A stretch of DNA of 64,000 bases from an uncultured Eubacteriales bacterium. GTDB taxonomy: Bacteria > Bacillota > Clostridia > TANB77 > CAG-508. Both the position numbers and the translations under genes were made by a program. The notes below the pieces were generated by a model. It was not told where the DNA came from, searched no databases, and saw only the letters and a program-made list of their open reading frames with translations. Positions 53,344-63,717 of this stretch are shown here, piece after piece (position 1 is the first letter of the stretch; every line of letters begins with the position of its first letter). Location: assembly GCA_949288175.1 (NCBI GenBank), contig CASEIV010000005.1, positions 8,191-72,190 of the forward strand. The letters are read 5' to 3'.

Positions 53344-53372
53344 TTGAATTTTTTTCATTTTCATTATATAAT
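53344..53372 (+). promoter_or_regulatory. Sigma-A promoter of the tRNA gene
   Basis: TTGAAT-17 nt-TATAAT, ~9 nt upstream of the tRNA. Confidence 0.75.
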
Positions 53373-53381
53373 ATTATATAT

Positions 53382-53455
<74 letters not shown>

Positions 53456-53463
53456 ACATTTAT

Positions 53464-53516
53464 TTCCATAAAATTTTAAAATATTTATTTTTAATAATTT
53501 TAAAATTTTATGGAAG
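53464..53516. terminator. AT-rich hairpin after the tRNA
   Basis: ttccataaaattttaaaat ... attttaaaattttatggaa. Confidence 0.55.
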
Positions 53517-53558
53517 TATTACTTTGTGTTAAAAACACATGGAATTAGGAGTTTTTTT

Positions 53559-54518
53559 ATGTTTGATTGTCATTATGATTTACTTGCATACATTTTAATG
53601 AAAAAACATGATGTAGATTTTTTAAAAAAATATTGTGCTAAAGTATATAATCAAAACAATATTACTGGCGGAATATTCAATCTTTTTTATATGAATCCAA
53701 AAGAAATGAAAGAAGAAATTGGAATTGAAAAAAATGATATTCATTTAATTAAAAATCTTACAGAAGTAAAACACTTTATTGAATCGAATAAACTTTTTTC
53801 AAAAGATATAAATTATATATTTGGCATTGAAGGTTTAGACTATTTGCAAAGCATTGATGACATAGATATTTTATATTCATTAGGTTTAAGATCAACAAAT
53901 ATCGTTTGGAATAATGAAAATAAATTTGGTGGTGGTGCTAAAGTTAATAATAATATCGGCTTATCATCACTAGGAAAGAATTTAGTCATAAAATTGATTA
54001 ATAAAAATATTGCAATTGATTTGTCACATACCAATCAAACAACATTTTGGGATATCATTGATATATGTCATTATATGAAAAAACAGGGAAAATCTCCTAT
54101 CGTGTTTGCTTCTCATTCAAATGCTAGAACTTTATGTGATGTTCCAAGAAACTTAACAGATGAACAAATTATTGCCATCAAAAAATTAAATGGAGTAATT
54201 GGCGTTGTATCAATTAAAAGATTTTGTATAAATACGCTAGATGTTTGCAACCCTAATATTGATTTCGAACAAGAATATTTAAAACATATTAATTATATTA
54301 GAAATTTATTAGGTAATACAGAAAATATTGCTATTGCCACTGATGACATGAAATATTATGATATTGAACCAGAGTATTATCAAAATGCTAATGTGTATTT
54401 GCATTATGATGTAAAAGATAAATTAGAAAATGCTCTAATTAGAAATGGTTATAATCATTTTGAAATTGAACAAATTTTAGAAAATAATTTTAAAGAGAAA
54501 ATTTTAAGCAGATTATAA
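53559..54518 (+). CDS. M19 membrane dipeptidase-like protein
   Basis: DCHYD, GIEG, IDLSH, ASHSN...RNLTD. Confidence 0.88.
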   Translation: MFDCHYDLLAYILMKKHDVDFLKKYCAKVYNQNNITGGIFNLFYMNPKEMKEEIGIEKNDIHLIKNLTEVKHFIESNKLFSKDINYIFGIEGLDYLQSIDDIDILYSLGLRSTNIVWNNENKFGGGAKVNNNIGLSSLGKNLVIKLINKNIAIDLSHTNQTTFWDIIDICHYMKKQGKSPIVFASHSNARTLCDVPRNLTDEQIIAIKKLNGVIGVVSIKRFCINTLDVCNPNIDFEQEYLKHINYIRNLLGNTENIAIATDDMKYYDIEPEYYQNANVYLHYDVKDKLENALIRNGYNHFEIEQILENNFKEKILSRL

Positions 54519-54596
54519 ATATACTGTATTTAGATAACATATCATTGTATTTACTTTCTTATTTTGTAAATACAAAAAATTTTTGGAGGATTCATT

Positions 54597-55253
54597 ATGA
54601 GCAAAGAAAATGAAAAAACATTAGAAGTATATAAGGAAAAAGCACATTTGTATTTAGCTAACAGTCTCGAACATGATAAACTTGATCCCAAAAGAGCAGA
54701 ACAAAAGCGTGTAAAATTAGAAAAATTAATTACATCAAATTTTTTATCCTTACCAGAACATGCTAAAGTTTTTGAAATTGGTTCAGGAGATGGGTCAAAT
54801 GCAAAATTTATTCAAAGTTTAGGGTTTGATATAACAGCAAGTGATACAGCTGACGACTTTATAAAAGCCACTCAAAATCAAGGTTTAAAAACGATTAAGT
54901 TTAATGCACTAGAAAATTCCTTTCCAGAAAAATATTGGGCTATTTTTTGTTGGAGAGTTTTTGTTCATTTCACAAAAGAAGATGCTTTAAAAATAATGCA
55001 AAAAGTTTATGATACACTTGAGGATAATGGAATCTTTATCTTTAATGCAATGAATCGTGAAACAAAAAAAGTTGACAATGAATGGGTAGATTTTGAAGGT
55101 GAATATCATATGGGAGCAGAACGTTATTATAATTATTTTTCTCAAAGCGATTTAGACAATATTATTCAAAAAACAAAATTCAAGATAGAAGACTTTCACA
55201 AAGATGGTGGAGATAATAATAACAAGTGGCTAATATATGTTTTAAGAAAATAA
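54597..55253 (+). CDS. Class I SAM-dependent methyltransferase
   Basis: FEIGSGDG motif I. Confidence 0.85.
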   Translation: MSKENEKTLEVYKEKAHLYLANSLEHDKLDPKRAEQKRVKLEKLITSNFLSLPEHAKVFEIGSGDGSNAKFIQSLGFDITASDTADDFIKATQNQGLKTIKFNALENSFPEKYWAIFCWRVFVHFTKEDALKIMQKVYDTLEDNGIFIFNAMNRETKKVDNEWVDFEGEYHMGAERYYNYFSQSDLDNIIQKTKFKIEDFHKDGGDNNNKWLIYVLRK

Positions 55254-55371
55254 ATTCATAGAGTACTGCTTAATAATAAGAAATTGATAAAAATTTTAAG
55301 GAATTTTGTAAAAATATATACAATATTGTAAAAACATGATATAATATGTTACGTAATTAAATATTTAGTTA

Positions 55372-55470
55372 TTAGAGTAGAAAATAAATCGTTAAGACTT
55401 AGTAGACGGGAAGTTGTTACTAAGGCAAAAGTATTTCGATACTTGCGTATCTATTTTCGCATTCCGCTAA
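55372..55470 (+). promoter_or_regulatory. THF riboswitch
   Basis: agagtag...cgttaag...gacgggaagttg...cgcattccgct matches the THF aptamer pattern upstream of folT; downstream aatgcggaa can pair with the aptamer 3' end near the RBS. Confidence 0.85.
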
Positions 55471-55535
55471 TAAAGATTTGAAGGATTGACTCCTATTCTT
55501 TTAATGCGGAAATTAAATAGAAGGGAGATTTTTTT

Positions 55536-56078
55536 ATGCGTAAAAACAAAAAAATTATTTTAGCAGCTATTTTATTAGCTTTATTGATTATTTTATCTAG
55601 GTTTTTCATTATTTCAACACCTATTATGAAAATTAGTTTTACCTTTGTAGCCATTGCCTTATGTGCTACTTGGCTTGGTCCTAAATGGGCTGTGCTTATC
55701 ACTGTTGTGGAAGACTTAATTGGTGCTACTTTATTCCCATCAGGAAGCTTTTTTATTGGGTATACTATCAGTGCAGGATTAACTGGTTTAATTTATGGAT
55801 TATTACTATACAAAAAGGAAGCAGATTCTTTGACAAACAAACAATATACGATTCGAGTAATCATTGCTGTTCTTTTAGTTACCTTTGTTATTCATACAGG
55901 ATTAAACACCTTATGGACAAGTATTATCACTGGCAAAGCTTTTATGGTATTACTATTACCTAGACTTACAAAACAACTTATCATGATACCTATCCAAATA
56001 ATTGTTATTTTATTTATCGAAAAACTATTAAGAAAACCTTTTGATAAATATATAAGGAGTAGCGATAACGATGATTAA
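55536..56078 (+). CDS. folT: Folate ECF transporter S component
   Basis: LxRF, GP, DLIG..LFP.G.FF.GYT, R..KQLIM; THF riboswitch upstream. Confidence 0.9.
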   Translation: MRKNKKIILAAILLALLIILSRFFIISTPIMKISFTFVAIALCATWLGPKWAVLITVVEDLIGATLFPSGSFFIGYTISAGLTGLIYGLLLYKKEADSLTNKQYTIRVIIAVLLVTFVIHTGLNTLWTSIITGKAFMVLLLPRLTKQLIMIPIQIIVILFIEKLLRKPFDKYIRSSDNDD

Positions 56079-56880
56079 CGTAGAAAATGTATGTTTTAAA
56101 TACAAAAATAGTGATTATATCTTAAAAAACATAAACTTTTCCGTAAACAATGGTGAAGTCATTGCCATTGTTGGGAAAAATGGTTCGGGAAAATCCACTC
56201 TTGGAAGGTTGATTGCAGGCATTACTAAATTAAAAGAAGGAACCATAACGATTGATGATGTCAATACATCTAAAGATATTAAAGCCATTAGAGAAAAAGT
56301 AGGCATTGTTTTTCAAAATCCTGAAAATCAAATTATCTTTAATAATATTTATGATGAGCTTTCTTTTTCTCTTAGAGGTTTAGAACCATCTGAAATTGAA
56401 AATCGAATATCTATTTCTTTGAAACAAGTAGATATGTATGATTTTAAAGATAAAGATTTATATGCTTTATCACTAGGGCAAAAACAAAGAATTATGATTG
56501 CAGAAATTTTGGCTAAAAATCCAAAATACATTATTTTAGATGAGCCAACCACTATGATTGATAGCTATGGAAAAGAAAAAATACATGATATTATTTTAGA
56601 TTTAAAACAAAAAGGATATACCATTATTTGTATTACCAATCTGTCAGATGAAATTTTATTAGCTGATAGAACTTTGATTTTAGATAATGGAGAAATTGTA
56701 GCTGAAATAGAGAAAGAAGAATTAATTGATAAATATGCTATTCTAGAAAAATATGGTATTAAAATTCCAACTTTGCTTAACATTTTAGTAAAGTTAAAAA
56801 CTGAAGGCATTGATTTGCGTATTGAAGATTTTTCAGTGGCAGAATTTACGACTGCCATTAAAGAAAAATTGGATAGATAA
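56071..56880 (+). CDS. ecfA: ECF transporter ATPase
   Basis: GKNGSGKST, FQNPENQ, LSLGQKQR, LDEPT. Confidence 0.9.
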   Translation: MINVENVCFKYKNSDYILKNINFSVNNGEVIAIVGKNGSGKSTLGRLIAGITKLKEGTITIDDVNTSKDIKAIREKVGIVFQNPENQIIFNNIYDELSFSLRGLEPSEIENRISISLKQVDMYDFKDKDLYALSLGQKQRIMIAEILAKNPKYIILDEPTTMIDSYGKEKIHDIILDLKQKGYTIICITNLSDEILLADRTLILDNGEIVAEIEKEELIDKYAILEKYGIKIPTLLNILVKLKTEGIDLRIEDFSVAEFTTAIKEKLDR

Positions 56881-56890
56881 GGAAATCTAT

Positions 56891-57454
56891 ATGAAAGATG
56901 TTCTTAAATTTTTAATCTTTATTATATATGCCACTACCATATTTTTCTTACCTAATCATATATACATTTTAGCATGTTTTATCATAAATCTAGCCATTAT
57001 ATTATTGTGTAAACTTAGTATTAAAAAAGCATTTTTAAATACATTAAAAATTGTGCCTTTTGTCCTTTTCACATTTATCATTAATCTTTTCTTAGATAGT
57101 TTTATATTTGCTTTATGGATAGGAATTAAATTGCTCATTGTTTGCAACACAACATTTATATATTCTCAAACAACAACTGTTGCAAACTTAGCAAAAACGA
57201 TTAGATTACTATGTACACCTTTAAAACTTTTCAAAGTTAATACTGAAGAAATTGAAGTTATGGTATGTATTTCTCTATCACTACTTCCTGCCATTAAAAA
57301 TGATTTGACAGAAGTAAAAAATGCTTGCAAAGCTAAAAATATAGATATTAATTTAAAGAATGCAAAATATATTTTGTCTAAATTTTTATTATCTTTAATT
57401 AAAAGAGTCAATCAAATTGATGAAGCTATGATAGAAAAAGGATGTGACTATTAA
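56891..57454 (+). CDS. ecfT: ECF transporter T component (short)
   Basis: Hydrophobic protein with TT...L..PL and AM..KG coupling-helix pattern; operon context. Confidence 0.75.
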   Translation: MKDVLKFLIFIIYATTIFFLPNHIYILACFIINLAIILLCKLSIKKAFLNTLKIVPFVLFTFIINLFLDSFIFALWIGIKLLIVCNTTFIYSQTTTVANLAKTIRLLCTPLKLFKVNTEEIEVMVCISLSLLPAIKNDLTEVKNACKAKNIDINLKNAKYILSKFLLSLIKRVNQIDEAMIEKGCDY

Positions 57455-57458
57455 ATCA

Positions 57459-58118
57459 TTAATAGTCACTTTCTTTTGCCTTTTTATTCCATTTTACAAT
57501 TCCATATATATTTAATAGAAAATATCCTATAGAAACCATTAACATCATAATAGCTCCTTCTCCACCATGAATTGTAAGAATGATCCAAATTATCAAATCA
57601 ATGATATTATTCGTAGGCCATATCCACCATGCTTCTTTAAATCTTAAAATCATTAAAATAATACCACATAAATTAATACAATTAGAGCTTGCATCTAACC
57701 AAGATAATTGTTGATTTGGTATTAGATTTAACAAATATCCTAAAATGAAACTTCCTATTACACAAGATATGGTTATCATAATAGAATTTTTCAATGTAAA
57801 TTCTCTTACAATTACATTCTTTTCTTCATCTAATGTTTTATTCCATTCTAAAAATCCTTTTATTTGTAATGGAGCAAATATACAGGTATAAAATATTGTC
57901 ATTCCATATAAATGATTTTTAAAAGATACATATGCCATTAATACATAATTGATAAATCCTAAAATATAATTGATTCGTTTTCCTTCTCCTGCAAAATAAC
58001 CATTTAATAGTCCAGTTAGTAATATAAGTCCACCAATAACAATATCATTTGACAAAATTCCCATAATAAGTGAAAATATGATACATATAGCAGATATATA
58101 AATCTCTTTTTTATTCAT
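57459..58118 (-). CDS. pnuC: PnuC-family vitamin (nicotinamide riboside) transporter
   Basis: NY..G..N, G..EW, LDA, R..E.W..W...N. Confidence 0.85.
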   Translation of the reverse strand: MNKKEIYISAICIIFSLIMGILSNDIVIGGLILLTGLLNGYFAGEGKRINYILGFINYVLMAYVSFKNHLYGMTIFYTCIFAPLQIKGFLEWNKTLDEEKNVIVREFTLKNSIMITISCVIGSFILGYLLNLIPNQQLSWLDASSNCINLCGIILMILRFKEAWWIWPTNNIIDLIIWIILTIHGGEGAIMMLMVSIGYFLLNIYGIVKWNKKAKESDY

Positions 58119-58221
58119 TTTCTTCTTCCTTTTCTATTTTTCTATTTCTTAGATTATATTATATTTTTATAATTTTTACTATACAAGTAAAAAAGATTAT
58201 ACATAAATATTGTATAACCTT

Positions 58222-59091
58222 TTACATGTTTATATTTTTTAATTCAATTTCTTTTCCTTTTAAATATGACAATATTCCACTTTCTGTTAGAAAATTAAAT
58301 TTTAGTTTATAACTACATAACATCTGATGCTTTTTGCTGAATTGCTTATTAATTTCATTTTTTCCATATTTACCATCACCAACAATGGGATAACCTATAT
58401 GAGATAAATGGGCTCTAATTTGATGTGTTCTTCCTGTTTCAATTTCAACATCTAACAAAGCGGTATTATCTTCTCTTTTTTCTAGTATGGTATATTTAGT
58501 AATAATTTTCTGATAGCCTTTCTTAAATGTATCACTAATATATACCTGTGATTTTTTTTGATCTTTAAACAAATAAGCCTCTAGTCTTTCTTCTTTCTTA
58601 TTGGGAATTCCATATATCAATGCCAGATAATGTTTTTCAATTTCATGTTTTTTAAATTTTTCTAATAAGATTCTTAATGTCTCTTCATTTTTAGCAAACA
58701 TAACCAATCCAGTTGTATTTCTATCAATTCTATGACATGGTTGTGGTTTAAATTCACAATTTGTATACTGTTTGTTGATTAACTCTGTTAAAGAATTTGT
58801 TCCTGTTACTTCAATGTTTGCTGGTTTATTGATTACCAATATATTTTCATCTTCATATACTTTATCTAAGTTTATTTTTATATTCTCTAATTCCTTTGGA
58901 AGGTATATTTCTATCTTATCATTTTCATAGACAAGTATATCTTTATTTACCCTTTTTCCATTTATCTTTATATCTTTTTTTCTTAATAATTTACAAAATG
59001 TAGGATAATTTATATTGGATAGTTCTTCTAATATAACCTTATTTAATTTCTTTTCATGGTATTTTTTATTTACAATTATTTCTTTCATCAT
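58222..59091 (-). CDS. RluA-family pseudouridine synthase
   Basis: S4 domain, HRIDRNTTG, TGRTHQIRAH, GD.KYG. Confidence 0.93.
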   Translation of the reverse strand: MMKEIIVNKKYHEKKLNKVILEELSNINYPTFCKLLRKKDIKINGKRVNKDILVYENDKIEIYLPKELENIKINLDKVYEDENILVINKPANIEVTGTNSLTELINKQYTNCEFKPQPCHRIDRNTTGLVMFAKNEETLRILLEKFKKHEIEKHYLALIYGIPNKKEERLEAYLFKDQKKSQVYISDTFKKGYQKIITKYTILEKREDNTALLDVEIETGRTHQIRAHLSHIGYPIVGDGKYGKNEINKQFSKKHQMLCSYKLKFNFLTESGILSYLKGKEIELKNINM

Positions 59092-59111
59092 ATGATTATT
59101 ATATCGTATTT

Positions 59112-59648
59112 CTAGTATTGAAACAAGCTAGCTCCTAAGATTTTTTCATATTTTTCAAAGTTTGGTTCATAATTTTCTATCATTCTGTAAAAATATTTTG
59201 AATGTGTTTTATATTTTAAATGACAATATTCATGTAATACAATAAAATCAATAACATCTCTATGGAACATAACAATTTTAGGATTAATGGTAATTTTTCC
59301 TTCCACACATCTTCCAATTTCTTTTTTCATATTTTTAATTTCATAGTCTTCAGGTGCAAATCCTAACATGATTCTTGTTTTTTCCATTGCTCTTTCCACT
59401 TCTACTTTTGCAATTTGTTCGTACATTTTATCAATTGCTAAATCTAAAATTTCTTGATTGTTATCTTTTTTATAACGATTAGGAAGTGATATTTTTATTA
59501 ATTTATTTTCTACATTTAATTCTGGTACTTTTACATTTTTATAAACAATTTTGACTTTGTAATCAATTCCCAAAACTGGTACTGGATGTCTTTCTAATGT
59601 AGTATTTATATTATTTTTTACACGAATTGCTCTTTTTACTTTATACAT
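59112..59648 (-). CDS. YgjP/M48-like metal-dependent hydrolase
   Basis: IDFIVLHEYCHL...HS..F. Confidence 0.8.
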   Translation of the reverse strand: MYKVKRAIRVKNNINTTLERHPVPVLGIDYKVKIVYKNVKVPELNVENKLIKISLPNRYKKDNNQEILDLAIDKMYEQIAKVEVERAMEKTRIMLGFAPEDYEIKNMKKEIGRCVEGKITINPKIVMFHRDVIDFIVLHEYCHLKYKTHSKYFYRMIENYEPNFEKYEKILGASLFQY

Positions 59649-59824
59649 AAATATCACTCCTATTTTTGAATTTTTGTTTTGCAAATTGTTGTTCGCTTTT
59701 GTTGTTCTTATTTTATATTTTATTTTCTACTTTGTCAATACTTTTTATGAAAAAATATAAAATTTTTGTTCGCATTTTATTCAATGCTTATATTTCGCTA
59801 TTTTCAAGGTTTTTGCTGATTATA

Positions 59825-61135
59825 TTAATTTTCTCTTATATACCTTTTGAAAGTATCAAAATCTAATGGTTTTGCATAAAAATAACCTTGTATAAAATCG
59901 CAATTTACTTTCTTTAAATATGAAACTTGTTCGCTTTTTTCTACCCCCTCTGCTACTGTTTTCAGATTTAATTTTTTAGTAATTAAAAAGATAATTTCTA
60001 AAAGATTTATTGTATGATTTTTTTCTCCTATGTGATCTATAAAAGATTTATCAATTTTTATCATATCTATTGGTAACATTTCTAACATATTTAAAGAAGA
60101 ATATCCTGTACCGAAATCATCAATTGCTATAGAAAATCCCTTCTTTTTTATTTTTTCTAAAATCTCTTTCATATCCATATTGCTATCTACCGTTGTTCTT
60201 TCTGTTATTTCTATTTCAATATTATTAGGAGATATTCCATATTTCTTTGCAATTTTCATATACTTTTTTAAAAAATCTTTTTCTAATAAACTTTCCTTAG
60301 ATATATTTACTGAAATTTTAGGAATATTTGTAAATTGCTTCTTCATTTCTTGTATATTCTCACATACCTTTTCATAGATAAATTCCTCTAATTTTATAAT
60401 AAAATAATTTTTTTCAAATATAGGAATGAACTCACCTGGTGATATTATGTTTCCGTCTTTTTTCCATCTAACTAGTGCTTCTGCCCCTTCCATTTTTTCT
60501 GTTTTTGTACTAATTTGTGGCTGATAATATACTTCAAATTCTTTGTTTTTAATAGCATCTTCCATCATGTTTTCTATTTCACTTTCTCTTATCATTTTTT
60601 GTTCAAATTCTTCTGTAAATACACCATATGGCACATGATATTTTCCTTTTATACTATCATGTGCCATAATTGCTTTATCTATGATACTTTGCACATCTTT
60701 TTCCTCTTTGTCACATATATATACTCCCATAGAGATTCGCAAATTATACCATATGTCCCCTATTTTAATTTGTGATATCTTGTTATTTAATCTTCTTGTT
60801 ATATTTTCTATATCTACTTCTCCTACCAAAAATATTCCAAAAACATCATTTGCTAATCGGCAAACAATATCTGTTTTTCTGATGGAATGTTCTATTTCTT
60901 CTCCTACTCGTTTTAACAATTCATTTCCCTTCATATGCCCATGTTTTTTATTAAATGTTTTAAATTTATCTATATCCAATATAATGATAGTCTTTTTACT
61001 ATTTATTTCTAATTTTTCTTTTGTTCTTGCTAAATATGCATTATAGTTTCCTAATCCTGTTATCGGGTCAATATATGCTAACTCCAAAAGTCGATTTCTT
61101 TTTTCTAGTCTTAATTTTCTATATCTTCTATTCAT
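59825..61135 (-). CDS. GGDEF(degenerate)-EAL protein, probable c-di-GMP phosphodiesterase
   Basis: DPITGLGN, RLANDVF in place of GGDEF; EALVRW, DDFGTGYSS, EGVE, QGY. Confidence 0.9.
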   Translation of the reverse strand: MNRRYRKLRLEKRNRLLELAYIDPITGLGNYNAYLARTKEKLEINSKKTIIILDIDKFKTFNKKHGHMKGNELLKRVGEEIEHSIRKTDIVCRLANDVFGIFLVGEVDIENITRRLNNKISQIKIGDIWYNLRISMGVYICDKEEKDVQSIIDKAIMAHDSIKGKYHVPYGVFTEEFEQKMIRESEIENMMEDAIKNKEFEVYYQPQISTKTEKMEGAEALVRWKKDGNIISPGEFIPIFEKNYFIIKLEEFIYEKVCENIQEMKKQFTNIPKISVNISKESLLEKDFLKKYMKIAKKYGISPNNIEIEITERTTVDSNMDMKEILEKIKKKGFSIAIDDFGTGYSSLNMLEMLPIDMIKIDKSFIDHIGEKNHTINLLEIIFLITKKLNLKTVAEGVEKSEQVSYLKKVNCDFIQGYFYAKPLDFDTFKRYIREN

Positions 61136-61285
61136 AACTTATCTCCTGATTTATTGTTTTTTCATAATTTATATATTTTAGTATGTGTTATAAATAGAAA
61201 TGTATGCAACGTTGTTTTTTTGTTAAATAGGAAAAGGTCATGTTTTCTATTCAACAAAAAAGAAAACATCTTTTGACGTTCTCTT

Positions 61286-61552
61286 TCAACTATATATTTC
61301 TCTTTTATGTCCTACTTCCAATACTAACACTATGATTTCTTTATCTTGTATTTCACATATAACTCTATAATCTCCTATACGATATCTCCATTGTCCTGAC
61401 TTGTTTTCTACTAATCCTTTTCCATGAAGTCTGGGATTTTCACAATTTTGAATGTTCTTTTCTAACCATCCAATGATGAGTGCTGCTATATGTTTATCTA
61501 GTTTTTTTAATTGTTTCTTTGCTCTTTCTGTAAATATTACTTTATATTGCAT
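61286..61552 (-). CDS. RelE/ParE-family toxin
   Basis: WRYRIGDYRVI, VGHKREIY. Confidence 0.92.
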   Translation of the reverse strand: MQYKVIFTERAKKQLKKLDKHIAALIIGWLEKNIQNCENPRLHGKGLVENKSGQWRYRIGDYRVICEIQDKEIIVLVLEVGHKREIYS

Positions 61553-61770
61553 TATAATCCCAACTCCTTTTTTACTTCATCCATTGTGTATGTTTTAGGA
61601 TTTTTCTTATATTCTTTTATTGCTTTATTATAAGATTTTAAGTCATATTCGTCTTCTATTTTTTCTAATACAGCATTTCGTATTAAATCAGATAAAGAAA
61701 TATTGTTCATGTCTGCATATGCTCTTATTAATTTTGAGTCTTCTTCATTTAATCTTACTGAAATTGTCAT
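61552..61770 (-). CDS. RelB-like (DUF6290) antitoxin
   Basis: MTISVRL...YA......S...R.AV.EKIEDEYD; abuts the toxin start. Confidence 0.88.
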   Translation of the reverse strand: MTISVRLNEEDSKLIRAYADMNNISLSDLIRNAVLEKIEDEYDLKSYNKAIKEYKKNPKTYTMDEVKKELGL

Positions 61771-61921
61771 ATCTATCAACTCCCTTCTGTAATTATTGTA
61801 CTACATTGTATTACATTTGTCAATATTATTATATTATTATTTCCATTAAATTGTGATAATATTCGAAATATAATTAAAACCAAGAAGTACCTAAACTTCT
61901 TACTCAAAATAGACAAAAAAC

Positions 61922-62003
61922 AGACCTCAGAATAACTTTCATGAAATTATTCTTTGAGGTCTGTCCCTTTTGTTTCATTTTGGAACGATTTGGCACGTCC
62001 CTA
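61922..62003. repeat. Hairpin plus REP-like palindrome copy
   Basis: agacctc...gaggtct hairpin, then the reverse complement of the 11517 element's left arm. Confidence 0.7.
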
Positions 62004-62008
62004 TTGGA

Positions 62009-63010
62009 TTATTTCATTGCTTCTTCTACTGCAACAGCTACTGCAACTGATGCTCCAACCATTGGGTTGTTACCCATTCCGATTAATCCCATCATTTCAA
62101 CATGTGCTGGTACTGATGAGCTTCCTGCGAATTGTGCATCTGAGTGCATTCTTCCCATTGTGTCTGTCATACCATATGAAGCTGGTCCTGCTGCCATATT
62201 GTCTGGGTGTAATGTTCTTCCTGTTCCTCCACCTGATGCTACTGAGAAGTATTTCTTTCCTTCTGCTAATCTTTCTTTTTTGTATGTTCCTGCAACTGGA
62301 TGTTGGAATCTTGTTGGGTTTGTTGAGTTACCTGTAATTGATACATCAACATCTTCCATCCACATGATAGCTACACCTTCTCTAACATCATTTGCTCCAT
62401 AACATCTAACTTTACTTCTTTCTCCATCTGAGTATTTAATTTCTTCTACTACTTTTACTTTTCCTGTGAAGAAATCAAAGTCTGTTTTTACATATGTAAA
62501 TCCATTAATTCTTGAAATTACTTGTGCTGCATCTTTTCCTAATCCATTTAAGATAACTCTTAATGGTTCTTTTCTTACTTTGTTTGCTGATTTTGCAATT
62601 CCGATTGCTCCTTCAGCTGCTGCAAAGCTTTCATGTCCTGCTAAGAATGCAAAACATTTTGTATCTTCTGATAATAACATTGATGCTAAATTTCCATGTC
62701 CTAATCCAACTTTTCTATCATCTGCAACTGAACCTGGGATACAGAAAGCTTGTAATCCTTCTCCAATTGCTTTTGCTGCATCTGCTGCTTTTGTGCAACC
62801 TTTTTTAACAGCGATTGCTGCCCCTAATGTGTATGCCCAAGCTGCATTTTCAAAACAGATTGGTTGTACTCCTTTTACGATTTCATATGGATTAAATCCT
62901 TTATCTGTACATATTTTTAATGCATCTTCAAAATCCTTTATTCCGTATTTTTCCATTACTGGTTTTATTTGATTGATTCTTCTTTCATAACTTTCAAATG
63001 TTACTGCCAT
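62009..63010 (-). CDS. GGGtGRT protein
   Basis: ASGGGTGRTLHPDN signature. Confidence 0.95.
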   Translation of the reverse strand: MAVTFESYERRINQIKPVMEKYGIKDFEDALKICTDKGFNPYEIVKGVQPICFENAAWAYTLGAAIAVKKGCTKAADAAKAIGEGLQAFCIPGSVADDRKVGLGHGNLASMLLSEDTKCFAFLAGHESFAAAEGAIGIAKSANKVRKEPLRVILNGLGKDAAQVISRINGFTYVKTDFDFFTGKVKVVEEIKYSDGERSKVRCYGANDVREGVAIMWMEDVDVSITGNSTNPTRFQHPVAGTYKKERLAEGKKYFSVASGGGTGRTLHPDNMAAGPASYGMTDTMGRMHSDAQFAGSSSVPAHVEMMGLIGMGNNPMVGASVAVAVAVEEAMK

Positions 63011-63028
63011 TTTATTTCCTCCCTATTC

Positions 63029-63421
63029 TTATATTTTTTTATCAAAATATTCTATAAATTTCTCTAATTCTGTAATGTATTCTTCCTTTATTCTATTGTG
63101 TATCTCTTCTGCTACATCTTCTTTATATGTATATGTTACTAAATTTCTATCTTTTAACATATACATATATGTTTCGCCATCTTGGATAATATTATATTGA
63201 AAAGCTGTTCTAATTACTGAACCTGGTCCTAACTCATCTAATAATTCTTGTTGTTTCAAATATTTTTGAAGGGTTTTCAAAAATAATTCAAAAGTATATT
63301 GATATGCATTTATGATGGCTCCTCTATCTTTCTCACTACCATTATCTGTATCGACAAATTCTTTTAATTTATAAAAAGCCTTTTTTAAATTTTCATAACT
63401 TTGTATTACATTATCTAGCAT
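63029..63421 (-). CDS. HEPN-type nucleotidyltransferase substrate-binding protein (HI0074 family)
   Basis: RGAII..YQYTFEL..K, DRNL..YTY; follows an MNT gene. Confidence 0.85.
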   Translation of the reverse strand: MLDNVIQSYENLKKAFYKLKEFVDTDNGSEKDRGAIINAYQYTFELFLKTLQKYLKQQELLDELGPGSVIRTAFQYNIIQDGETYMYMLKDRNLVTYTYKEDVAEEIHNRIKEEYITELEKFIEYFDKKI

Positions 63422-63716
63422 ATATTTCAACTCCCTCTTTTAATATGCTATCTTTAATTTTATCATCTTCTCCAAGACTATTAAAATTTATTAAGTCTAT
63501 TTTGTATGGCAGATATAAATCATCGATTTCAAAATATATCTTTGTATTTATTTGAAATGTAAGATTTTCTCCAAACAAAGCTATATCGATATCAGACCCA
63601 TTTCGATAATCTCCTCTTGCTCTTGAACCAAAGATACATGCACTTTCCACTTCACTATACTTTTCTAGTATAGATACAATATCTTTTACAACTTTTTCAT
63701 CTAAACCAAATTTCAT
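63411..63716 (-). CDS. Minimal nucleotidyltransferase (MNT antitoxin)
   Basis: FGSRARGDY..GSDIDIAL, YKIDLI. Confidence 0.9.
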   Translation of the reverse strand: MKFGLDEKVVKDIVSILEKYSEVESACIFGSRARGDYRNGSDIDIALFGENLTFQINTKIYFEIDDLYLPYKIDLINFNSLGEDDKIKDSILKEGVEIYAR

Positions 63717-63717
63717 T

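Noticed and set aside
61941-62972. Plus-strand ORFs of 127-168 aa (and similar shadows opposite alr, ftsH, fhs, tig, rsgA)
   Set aside because: These are antisense shadows of well-supported minus-strand genes, with no RBS or motifs.
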